From: Candidatus Berkelbacteria bacterium
Lineage (GTDB): Bacteria; Patescibacteriota; UBA1384; XYA2-FULL-43-10; 1-14-0-10-43-13
Assembly: GCA_037143235.1 (NCBI GenBank)
Contig: JBAWZC010000005.1
Coordinates: 1-63,833, forward strand
Reading direction: 5' to 3'
DNA: 63,833 nt
Within the stretch, counting starts at the first letter, position 1. The number at the start of each line of letters is the position of its first letter. Position numbers and translations under genes: made by a program. The notes below the pieces were generated by a model. The model saw only the letters and a program-made list of their open reading frames with translations. It ran no database searches and was not told where the DNA came from. Below, one piece after another: positions 42,689 to 51,030 of the stretch.

Positions 42689-43558
42689 CTATAGTTTCAC
42701 ACTGAAATCAATATCGGTGACTATCTCTGGCTTGTTTTCTTCTGAATTGGCCGCCTTGCTGTTCATCTTTTGCTGGTAATCCTTGATCAGCTTAATCTTT
42801 TCATCGATCGGCAGCGAAGTGTTGGAGAGTCCCGGCCCACCGATGCAACCACCACCACAGTTCAAGATATCAAAAAAACGATATTGGCTTGTGCCTGCTC
42901 TGATCTCGTCGAAAGCTTTTGAAATATTTGGTGGGCCGTCACCGATCCAAACTTGTTCGGTAGGTATTAGATCGTGAACCATTGCAGTTTTGGCTAGTCC
43001 ACCGGAGATAGGATAGACCTTGGTATTTTCAGCAGAGAGAGAATCAAATTCGAAATCTTGTCCATAAAATTGATTTTCTTCGATGCCTTTCAGAGAAAAT
43101 ATTTCACCTAATTCCTTGAATGTTAACACCAGATCGAGAACGTCTTTGTGTGCCGGCCACTCGAGCAATTGTTTGGCTTGGCAGGGCGCAAAAAAGACAA
43201 TTTTGTAGTCAGGAAAGTCTTTGCGAATGATCTTGGCTTGAGAAATAACAGGTGAGGCAAAGGGGATGACATATTGCAACAACTCAGGATATCGCGCTTT
43301 GATCAATGCTAGACAATTGGGGCATGGCCCAGTAATGAAATACTTTTGATCAGGATGAGTCTTGATATACTCGACATGCCAATAATTCGTCATTCGTGCC
43401 CCAAATGTAATTTCGGAAACCTTGTCGAAGCCAAGCTTTTTTAACATGCCGATGATTTGCGGATGGGCAAAATCTATCGGAAAACTAGGTGCAATTAGCG
43501 CAATAGTCTTCTCTTTGCTTTCTAATAATTTCTCCAATGATTCTTGGTAAGTAGTCAT
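42689..43558 (-). CDS. [FeFe]-hydrogenase catalytic-domain-like protein (minimal form, no N-terminal ferredoxin domains)
   Basis: Motif matches to the H-cluster signatures: TGPCP (vs TSCCP), FAPCQAKQLLE (vs MPCxxKxxE) and NCGGGCIGGPG (vs CxxGCxxGxG). Confidence 0.55.
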   Translation of the reverse strand: MTTYQESLEKLLESKEKTIALIAPSFPIDFAHPQIIGMLKKLGFDKVSEITFGARMTNYWHVEYIKTHPDQKYFITGPCPNCLALIKARYPELLQYVIPFASPVISQAKIIRKDFPDYKIVFFAPCQAKQLLEWPAHKDVLDLVLTFKELGEIFSLKGIEENQFYGQDFEFDSLSAENTKVYPISGGLAKTAMVHDLIPTEQVWIGDGPPNISKAFDEIRAGTSQYRFFDILNCGGGCIGGPGLSNTSLPIDEKIKLIKDYQQKMNSKAANSEENKPEIVTDIDFSVKL

Positions 43559-43670
43559 AAATGCCCATTTAATATTATTATGTGATTATTATATCGAAAC
43601 CTGCATCTAAACAAAAGGTGATGGATGATTTTTCTTGATTTTTCATTTGCCGATTACTCTTTACTTGTTT

Positions 43671-43868
43671 GTCATTGCGAGGAGTCTGCGACGCGGCAAT
43701 CTATCATTTAGTCATTGGCCGTTCTCGGCAAGCTCGAACCATAATTTTCAGAGTATCTCTTCTATTTTATTCTTCGAGACCTGAAATGTCCCCTTTGGGG
43801 TGGGTCTGCGAGTCAAGAAGTAATGATGGATTGCCACGCTTTGGAAAACCCAATAGCTCGCAATGACA
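43671..43868. repeat. GTCATTGCGAG-type palindromic elements
   Basis: 43671..43713 is identical to 3461..3503. 43832..43868 is the inverted partner of 61190..61238 (GTCATTGCGAGCTATTGGGTTTTCCAAAGCGTGGCAATCCATCATT). Confidence 0.9.
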
Positions 43869-43965
43869 TACAAGAGGGGCTGGCAATAAATATTCATTGC
43901 CAGCGGTTGCTTGTGAATGATTACAATTTTGTGATACGATCGTAGGGTAAAAAAAGGAGAAAACT

Positions 43966-44583
43966 ATGAAATTATTTTTGGACATTGAAACATTGCCGGC
44001 ACCAGGCGAGAAGATGGATATCATTAAATCACTTTGGGAAATGGCACGGAAGAAAAACAAATCACCGCTTAAAAAAGGCGACAACGACTTTGAAACCTTT
44101 TACCGTAACACCTCGTTTCAGGGTGAATTTGGTCGCATCCTTTGTATCGCTTATGCGAAGGATGATAAGCCGACGGAAGTCTTGTTTGGTGACGAAAAAG
44201 AGATGCTGCAAAAATTCTGGGAGATAGCAAAAGACGCCACTCGGTTTATCGGTCACAATGTAATGGAGTTCGATTTGCGATTTATTTACAAACGCTCAAT
44301 CATCCATGGCGTCAAGCCAAGTCGTGATTTGTCCTTTGCCCGCTATCGTTCGGACCCGATCTATGACACGATGAAGGAATGGGAGAAGTGGGGCGCTCAG
44401 GGTGCTAGCTTACACAAACTATCTATCGCTCTCGGCGTAACTTCGCCAAAAGAAGAGGGCATTGACGGCTCAAAGGTCTATGATTATTTCCTCGCAGGCA
44501 AATCAGAAGATATCTACAAGTATTGCAAGCGCGATGTCGAAGCAACTAGAAACGTGTATAACAAAATGAACTTCTTGGGATGA
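43966..44583 (+). CDS. DnaQ-like 3'-5' exonuclease (PolB-exonuclease-like, DEDDy)
   Basis: LDIET (ExoI), GHNVMEFDLRF (ExoII) and YCKRDVEAT (ExoIII). Confidence 0.7.
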   Translation: MKLFLDIETLPAPGEKMDIIKSLWEMARKKNKSPLKKGDNDFETFYRNTSFQGEFGRILCIAYAKDDKPTEVLFGDEKEMLQKFWEIAKDATRFIGHNVMEFDLRFIYKRSIIHGVKPSRDLSFARYRSDPIYDTMKEWEKWGAQGASLHKLSIALGVTSPKEEGIDGSKVYDYFLAGKSEDIYKYCKRDVEATRNVYNKMNFLG

Positions 44584-44596
44584 CGGGGCAGAAGTC

Positions 44597-44760
44597 ATGG
44601 TCATCCCACAGCACAGATTACAGATCTACACAGAATTACAGATACAAGCAGGGCCAGCACAGATTACGGATTATACGCCAACACAGATTACAGATTTCAC
44701 AGAATTACAGAAGATAAAAATCAGACCAATGCAGATCGGACAGATTGATAGAGATCAATG
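44597..44760. repeat. Array of CACAGATTACAGAT-type motifs (left flank of the GxxExxY cassette)
   Basis: At least 6 copies or variants (CACAGATTACAGAT, CACAGAATTACAGA, CACAGATTACGGAT) with irregular spacing. Confidence 0.85.
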
Positions 44761-45156
44761 CAAGTTTGCGATTCTTTTGATTTTCACTCCGTCTGGGGAA
44801 AATCGTACGATTAATCCCAACTTTAACTTGCTGTATTTTAGATATCCAAGTAGCTGGGTGTAGGCAGTTTTGTAATTGCGAAACCCAGTCTTGAGCTCAA
44901 TAACAACTTTATCGTCAACAAGAAAATCAAAATATCTTTTGGCAATTAACTTGTCGTTGATTTTGATAGGGAAATATAGTTCTCTTGAAAATTTGATATT
45001 GTTCGCAGTGAGCAGCTCGGCAAGAGCCTTCGAATATACTTTTTCGGTTTGCCCTTGGCCGATCTGGTTAAATATCTCATAGCAAAATCCATTGATTTTG
45101 TATGTTAAATCAGTGTAAACAAAGTTATTTTCATTTTTGTCTATATTCTCAGGCAT
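44755..45156 (-). CDS. GxxExxY family protein (PD-(D/E)XK nuclease-like)
   Basis: GQGQTEKVYSKAL (GxxExxY), DFLVDDKVVIELK (D..ExK) and QLLGYLK are typical of this family. Confidence 0.8.
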   Translation of the reverse strand: MPENIDKNENNFVYTDLTYKINGFCYEIFNQIGQGQTEKVYSKALAELLTANNIKFSRELYFPIKINDKLIAKRYFDFLVDDKVVIELKTGFRNYKTAYTQLLGYLKYSKLKLGLIVRFSPDGVKIKRIANLH

Positions 45157-45164
45157 CTGTTCTA

Positions 45165-45320
45165 TGCTTCAAAAATGTTTTCAATCAGTAAATCAGTACG
45201 ATCTGTAATCTGTGCTGGCCTAATTTTTATTTTCTGTAATTCTGTATGATCTGTAATCTGTGTTGTTGGTGTTGTTATGTTCTGTAAATCAGTAAGATCT
45301 GTAATCTGTGTTGACTACGA
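45165..45320. repeat. Inverted array of the same motif (ATCTGTAATCTGTG), right flank of the cassette
   Basis: At least 5 copies or variants in the orientation opposite to 44597..44760. Confidence 0.85.
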
Positions 45321-46190
45321 CTAGTCTTTGGCGTGTATTTTATTCGGTAAACCCTTCTCCGGCAGATTAGCCAAATCGGTCGTAGTGCTATCGAGTTTGT
45401 CCATCGGTAGATCGTCCGTTTTCTTGCGAGAAATGAGACCGGATACCAGGAAGATTACGAACAAAACCAAGAGAGCGACTATCTCCAAGTAATAAAATTG
45501 TTGTTGATATTGCCAGGCACTGTCTGATAACTTAGCGACGGCAGTGATGATCTGTGGGTCGCCGAGGTATTGGCGTCCCTGTAGGAACATATTTGGTGCG
45601 AGTTTGGCAAAGATGCTGGCACCGGCATACACAATAGCTATGATCGTGGCGGTTGAAATGGCCACAGATGAAACCCATATCAGTCTGGCTGACCAGTTTG
45701 GCGACAAAAGCATGATGAAAAGTATCAGTAATGTGCAGACGATACCAAGCGTAAGAATAATTATATTCAGATTTGCCCAGAGCATCAGGCCGATATTGCC
45801 GCTTAGATCTTTTTCGAGTGGATCAAGATTGAGTATTGTTCCACCGACAGAGATGGTTGGTAGTTGGTACTTAAGAGTAAAATTTCGCGCATCAAAAGCG
45901 CTGCCAAAAAATTGATCAATCGTCGTTTCGGTGGCAAACTTGATGGTATCGGGATTGACTGATTTGTTGATCTGGTTCAGTAGTGTCTTGTTACTTCGGT
46001 CGACTCGATCGTCATGGCTGACCATCTCCTGAAAATAGCCGGTCGTGCTCTCGTAAAAACCTGATTGATCAAAAACATCCTTGAGCGTGCTCGAGTTCTT
46101 CAACACTTTTCCTGCATCGTAGGTTACGAAAAAAATAGGGAGGACGATGATCAAAATCAGAAAGAAAATATAGGCAAAAAACTTTTTCAT
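45321..46190 (-). CDS. Integral membrane protein, unknown function
   Basis: 289-aa ORF with an N-terminal TM helix, an extracytoplasmic domain and 4 C-terminal TM helices. Confidence 0.55.
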   Translation of the reverse strand: MKKFFAYIFFLILIIVLPIFFVTYDAGKVLKNSSTLKDVFDQSGFYESTTGYFQEMVSHDDRVDRSNKTLLNQINKSVNPDTIKFATETTIDQFFGSAFDARNFTLKYQLPTISVGGTILNLDPLEKDLSGNIGLMLWANLNIIILTLGIVCTLLILFIMLLSPNWSARLIWVSSVAISTATIIAIVYAGASIFAKLAPNMFLQGRQYLGDPQIITAVAKLSDSAWQYQQQFYYLEIVALLVLFVIFLVSGLISRKKTDDLPMDKLDSTTTDLANLPEKGLPNKIHAKD

Positions 46191-46423
46191 ACTATCATTG
46201 TATCACGCTATGAGCGCGATAAAAAGTTGATAAATGCGAGATGTTTTTTGTAGTGGGAGAAGTAACATGGTCATAGAAAAATTAAAACCAAATTTGTGTT
46301 GACAAATTATTGAGATTAATCTATTGTTGGATTAACAAGATGCTTGGGACAAATCCCAGTGGGAAAGTTTCGACCGTTCGGGTCAGGCTACCGAGCAATC
46401 TGACCTCGAGAAATCGGGGTTTT

Positions 46424-46972
46424 TTATTTTCCGATTATTACAATGATTTTTTTCTGAAGTTTTTTGTAAAATTTTGTAAATCGTACTTCGGGCTTTTTCT
46501 TATCAAAATACGATCTTGATAGTCCGGCCACCATATCCGCGATCCTTATTCCAGCAGATTGACTATCTTTGACTGTTTTAAGTTTTTTGACTGATATGCT
46601 CTTGCCGCGCAAGATATTCTTAATTTTATTTTCGTACCATTTGGGTTTCTTGCCGTCGATGTAAATATTTCTTATATTTCTTTCGACAATAGTGTGTAAT
46701 AAGATTTTTTCCAGCTCAGCTGCAGGATCAACAGGATTTTTAACTACTGCAATTTTGACCTTAAAGTCGAGTTTCAGTGTTTCATTCATAAATTTTTCTT
46801 TGACACTCCAAACCGTCTCTGCCCAGTGAAAAGAGTCAATTTCTAAATCTTTTTCTATTTCAATAATTTTCTTTTCTATCTCTGGATAATCGTCGAACTC
46901 TACATAAGCCAAAGCAAAGGTTGAGTGATCAACCCTTTTGTGAATCCCAGATTCGTCAATAAAAATCATCAT
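46424..46972 (-). CDS. DUF3800-like protein
   Basis: The N-terminal MMIFIDESGIHK plus FHWAE resemble the DUF3800 signature. Confidence 0.5.
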   Translation of the reverse strand: MMIFIDESGIHKRVDHSTFALAYVEFDDYPEIEKKIIEIEKDLEIDSFHWAETVWSVKEKFMNETLKLDFKVKIAVVKNPVDPAAELEKILLHTIVERNIRNIYIDGKKPKWYENKIKNILRGKSISVKKLKTVKDSQSAGIRIADMVAGLSRSYFDKKKPEVRFTKFYKKLQKKIIVIIGK

Positions 46973-47041
46973 ATACGGAGCTCTCTGTGGCCTTTTGAGC
47001 TAATAGAATTTTTTACTAAGTGGCTAGTTGGATATAAATCG

Positions 47042-47773
47042 TTAAGCAAATAAGTCGTCCAGCTCTTTTCTAAATTCGCACTCGTTTTTATTGATTGCTT
47101 TCAAAAAAGTCATTTTTGCCTTATCTCGGTCGGAATCTAGTAATAAAAATAATTTTTCCTTTCCGTAATGCTCGATCAGATATTTTGTAATTGTGTACCC
47201 AATCCTATAGCCCTCATATTGGATAAATTCTGAATAATTTATGTTAGAAAAAAGATGATTAGCAAAAAAGTGATCGAGATTGCTGGTACTGACATGGTTG
47301 TTGTATCGAATATCCGCAATATAATCGGCGATTCCTTCGTTCAACCAAAACAGCGGGCATTGCGTGATTTTCAAGGTGAATATATGGCAGATCTCGTGTG
47401 TTAATGTTTTTACGTATTGGCCGACGGGATGACTGGTCTCACAAATATATGCCTCGGGGCTAAAAATAATTACCTCTCCCGGCTTTACCCATCCACACTC
47501 CCAGCTCTCAGTTGGTCGGCCGAGAAATTTGTCGTATTCTGATCGAGACGAAACCATGGTCACTGTAAAATCAATTTTATTGTCGGAACTAGTACTAAAA
47601 AAAATCTCGACATTTTTAGTCGCAAATTTTAGTTCGTTCACCACGCTGTTAATTTCAGAGTCGTTGAGATCGTGCGATAGGGTAATATCGGATTTACTGG
47701 CGGTGATTTTGTTTATTTTCATATATGTCTGACTACAAAAAACTTGATAATCCAACCTATCAATTTGATCCAT
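47042..47773 (-). CDS. Peptidase-MA-like (HExxH ... EG) protein
   Basis: THEICHIFT followed by PLFWLNEGIADY. The start is uncertain: the ATG at 47773 overlaps the upstream gene by 14 nt, and an alternative ATG lies at 47722. Confidence 0.5.
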   Translation of the reverse strand: MDQIDRLDYQVFCSQTYMKINKITASKSDITLSHDLNDSEINSVVNELKFATKNVEIFFSTSSDNKIDFTVTMVSSRSEYDKFLGRPTESWECGWVKPGEVIIFSPEAYICETSHPVGQYVKTLTHEICHIFTLKITQCPLFWLNEGIADYIADIRYNNHVSTSNLDHFFANHLFSNINYSEFIQYEGYRIGYTITKYLIEHYGKEKLFLLLDSDRDKAKMTFLKAINKNECEFRKELDDLFA

Positions 47774-48242
47774 CTAAATATTTTTCATATATATTCTTCG
47801 AGCGTATTAATTCTTCCTTATTAAAGGCAATGGTCCGAAGAGCGTCTGAATATCTGAGCCACAAAATCTCCGTAACTTCGATATCTTCTGGTCTTGGTGT
47901 AAGATCATTTTTTTCCATCGCTTCGAAAACATTTATATAAACCTGTTTGTTATTTTCGCTACCGTCTTTTGTAAACGAATATCTGATCAAACTACAAAAA
48001 CCAACATGTTTCACTGAACATTTTTTTAGAGTGGTTTCTTCCTCAATTTCTCTAAAGGCTGTCTGAAGTTGATCTTCGCCTTCCTCGAGATGCCCTTTCG
48101 AGATCCAAATTTCACCTTTTTTGTTTTTAATCAGTAGAGTATAAATTTCGCCCGTCTCTTTGTCTTTGTAAAAAATAAAGCCGCCAGAGCAAATATGGTG
48201 AATAGTATTATCGTTTTCCAAACTCTTCTTTTGTGTACTCAT
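47760..48242 (-). CDS. NUDIX hydrolase
   Basis: Nudix box KGHLEEGEDQLQTAFREIEEET. Confidence 0.8.
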   Translation of the reverse strand: MSTQKKSLENDNTIHHICSGGFIFYKDKETGEIYTLLIKNKKGEIWISKGHLEEGEDQLQTAFREIEEETTLKKCSVKHVGFCSLIRYSFTKDGSENNKQVYINVFEAMEKNDLTPRPEDIEVTEILWLRYSDALRTIAFNKEELIRSKNIYEKYLDGSN

Positions 48243-48319
48243 TGTAGATATTTTAATTTTGCAAATTAGCAGTGTCCGCTTTGCACAATAAGTTATTTTA
48301 GCCTTAGGGTAGAAATAGG

Positions 48320-49312
48320 CTATCTCTTGCGAGCCATAGAGACCAGTTTGTCTAAGTCCAGAGTTAGACCGTTTGATCCAACCAAAACAATCTTTTTGTC
48401 AGTTTGCTGCTCTATGAAATGAATTATTTTTGCAGATAAATTTTTGCTAATTGCACCACCGGGGCTCAAGTGGTCGCAAACACATAACTTGACTTTTGAG
48501 TCTTTTAAAATTTCAATCAAGTCAAATGCAACTGAGTGGAAAAGAGAATGCTTGTTATAAGCGAAGCCGTGTAGATTGAATATAAGTACATCGACATTGG
48601 AAAATATATCTTTTAGCTTGTCATCAAATTTCGTTGGCCCGACGAGCGTTCCTTGGTAGTCTGTTTCGCCAATTTCGTATTCGCCGATAGAAGTTTTAAA
48701 CTTTTTTGTAAATCCAGTGTCCGAGGTATAGCCAACTCTCAATCCGTCTATGTCCATGACGAAGCCGTAAGTGCCATCAATCGAATGGAATACTTTGATC
48801 GGTTTCAAGGAAACCTTCTCAGATAATTTAATTTCTTGGTCAGAAAGTGTTTCGACTTTGAGAACTAGCTTTGGATTTTCTGAAATATGATATGGTTTTA
48901 CGGAGCCATTTGCCAGTGTTTGCTCTGATGCAAGTAGCTTTACATTTTGGTGGCTACAAGATGCTAGCTCCATTGCAACATTTGCATCGTTGTCGTGGTC
49001 AATATGTGAGTGCGAAATGAAAACAGAATTCAGTCGATAGAGATTGACTCCAGATGCTTGGGATCTGTCTAAAATGTTTGCTCCTGGGTCAACCAGCAAT
49101 TCGGTCCCGTCAAACTTGATATAAAAGCCACAGAATAATGGCCTGAAACCTTGATCGTTTCTGAAAAATGGTTTATATTGTCTGCCAAAAAAAGAAATAA
49201 AATTACCTTTAATTTTGTGGGGATTATTGCATGCAGTTGCGCGATTCTGAGTGTAAGATTCATGCTCTCTGGACTCAATTTTTTGTAAATCTTCTATTGA
49301 TATTTTTGTCAT
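48320..49312 (-). CDS. Metallo-beta-lactamase-fold hydrolase
   Basis: ISHSHIDHDND (HxHxDH) and downstream His/Asp ligand positions. Confidence 0.7.
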   Translation of the reverse strand: MTKISIEDLQKIESREHESYTQNRATACNNPHKIKGNFISFFGRQYKPFFRNDQGFRPLFCGFYIKFDGTELLVDPGANILDRSQASGVNLYRLNSVFISHSHIDHDNDANVAMELASCSHQNVKLLASEQTLANGSVKPYHISENPKLVLKVETLSDQEIKLSEKVSLKPIKVFHSIDGTYGFVMDIDGLRVGYTSDTGFTKKFKTSIGEYEIGETDYQGTLVGPTKFDDKLKDIFSNVDVLIFNLHGFAYNKHSLFHSVAFDLIEILKDSKVKLCVCDHLSPGGAISKNLSAKIIHFIEQQTDKKIVLVGSNGLTLDLDKLVSMARKR

Positions 49313-49326
49313 TACAACTTATAAAT

Positions 49327-51012
49327 TTAGTGCAGTACCGGCCCTTCGCCCTCATGGGCGTCAGTAGGCTTTGATTTCAAGATTGGTAGACTGAAAAAGA
49401 ACGAAGTTCCCTTGCCTGTGCCCTCGGACTCAAACCAGATCTTGCCCTTGTGAAGATCAATCAGTTTCTTGGCGATGTACATGCCGAGACCAGTGCCCTT
49501 GACCTCATCCTTCAAAACATCAACCTGAGTGAATTTCTCGAAAACCTTGTCCTTTGACTCCTTTGGTATGCCCTTGCCGTTGTCAGAAACCTCGGTAATA
49601 ATTTTCTGATCATCGGTCCATACCTTGATATCGATCTTGCCACCAGCTGGAGTGTATTTAACGGAGTTGCCGAGCATATTGATCAAAATCTCAGTAATGC
49701 GAGTAGCGTCAAACCAAGTTTTCGGTACAGCGTGAGTAGGTTTGTGGAAGGTCAGTGTGTGTTTCATCTCCTTGACCTTTGGCGCGATCTCCATGACCGC
49801 TTGATCGATAATATCGACGATTTGCACCTCGGAGTAGATCAGGTGAATACGGCCAGACTCAATTCTCGAGACATTTAGCAGATCTTTAACCATATTTGCC
49901 AATCGCCTTGAAGACTTGTAGACGGATTCGAGATAAGTTCGCGCCTTGGGCGGGATCACCCCACCGAGACCTTCGTCCAAGATCATCGATAGATAACCCT
50001 CGATAGCTGAGATTGGGGTATTGAGTTCATGGCTGGCCATGGAAAGGAAGTCGTCTTTGATTTGGTCAAGCTCCTTGAGTTTTACATTGGCCAATGTAAG
50101 CTGGTCAGATAACTTCTGAAGTTCTTCTTTTTGGGCAATTTCAGACTTAACAGATCTCACTAGTAAATAACTGCCACCAAAGATAATTCCTAAAAACATT
50201 AATCTGAGTAGTGCTTCTGCCCATGATTTTGAAGAAAAAACTTGTACTGCCGAAACGATGTTAATCAATACTACAGCTAACTGGGTGGCGATTACTCTGA
50301 CATTGAACAAGTGATGCTTAATGATCGCATACGAGGTCATGCCAATAAGAAAAATTGCGGAATAATTACCATATCTATAGAAGCGTTGGTCGCCCACGAG
50401 ATAGTTAACTGGCAGATATACAATTAAGATCAGTACAAGAAAGATTGCTACTCCTAACAAGAAATATTTTAATTGTCTTCTTTCTTCTCCTTCGGTCCGC
50501 TTGAATATCCAGAAATATCTTAGTGCTGGAATCATCGCAATCGACATGTATATATTAAAGAAAATCCCCCAAGCACCGAGCTCGTTGTTAGTCCCCCACA
50601 AGTACAAGCTAACACTGCTAATAAACTTGTCGGTAAAAATTGAGATAGAAGCAAGCGCCAAGGTGAGTGCCAATAAGGCCAGTCGAAGTGGTTTTTTTAT
50701 TTTATTTTCGTCTTTCGGAAAAACGAATGGAAGCAGGATCAGACAATACGCCCAAAAATATAAACAAGCATAAACTATTCGGTTTGAAAGAAGAGAATAT
50801 CGAGCAAGAGACACGGAATCGCCCAAATGAGCAAAAAGTATCCAAAATGTAATCGAAACAAAGAATACAGCAAGAGTTTGGTTGGTAACTGATTTTCTGT
50901 TTTGCTGGTAAACTAGATATGCCAGAATAAGCCCAGCGAGAGTTATAAAGCCGACTATTACAGAATTCACCCAATAGTCGGCTAGGAAATTTTCTATAGT
51001 AATAATTAACAC
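49327..51012 (-). CDS. Sensor histidine kinase with a polytopic N-terminal membrane domain; no response regulator in the window
   Basis: About 7 TM helices, a coiled coil, H-box SMASHELNTPI and N/G boxes (NSVKYTP, DNGKGIP, GTGLGM). Confidence 0.85.
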   Translation of the reverse strand: MLIITIENFLADYWVNSVIVGFITLAGLILAYLVYQQNRKSVTNQTLAVFFVSITFWILFAHLGDSVSLARYSLLSNRIVYACLYFWAYCLILLPFVFPKDENKIKKPLRLALLALTLALASISIFTDKFISSVSLYLWGTNNELGAWGIFFNIYMSIAMIPALRYFWIFKRTEGEERRQLKYFLLGVAIFLVLILIVYLPVNYLVGDQRFYRYGNYSAIFLIGMTSYAIIKHHLFNVRVIATQLAVVLINIVSAVQVFSSKSWAEALLRLMFLGIIFGGSYLLVRSVKSEIAQKEELQKLSDQLTLANVKLKELDQIKDDFLSMASHELNTPISAIEGYLSMILDEGLGGVIPPKARTYLESVYKSSRRLANMVKDLLNVSRIESGRIHLIYSEVQIVDIIDQAVMEIAPKVKEMKHTLTFHKPTHAVPKTWFDATRITEILINMLGNSVKYTPAGGKIDIKVWTDDQKIITEVSDNGKGIPKESKDKVFEKFTQVDVLKDEVKGTGLGMYIAKKLIDLHKGKIWFESEGTGKGTSFFFSLPILKSKPTDAHEGEGPVLH

Positions 51013-51030
51013 GACCCTCCAGATGGTATA

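Noticed and set aside
44597-45320. Reading the CACAGATTACAGAT arrays (also 41926..42064) as a CRISPR array
   Set aside because: The motif is only about 14 bp with variable sequence and irregular short spacing. The copies form inverted blocks rather than direct repeats with unique 30-40 bp spacers. No cas genes are present.
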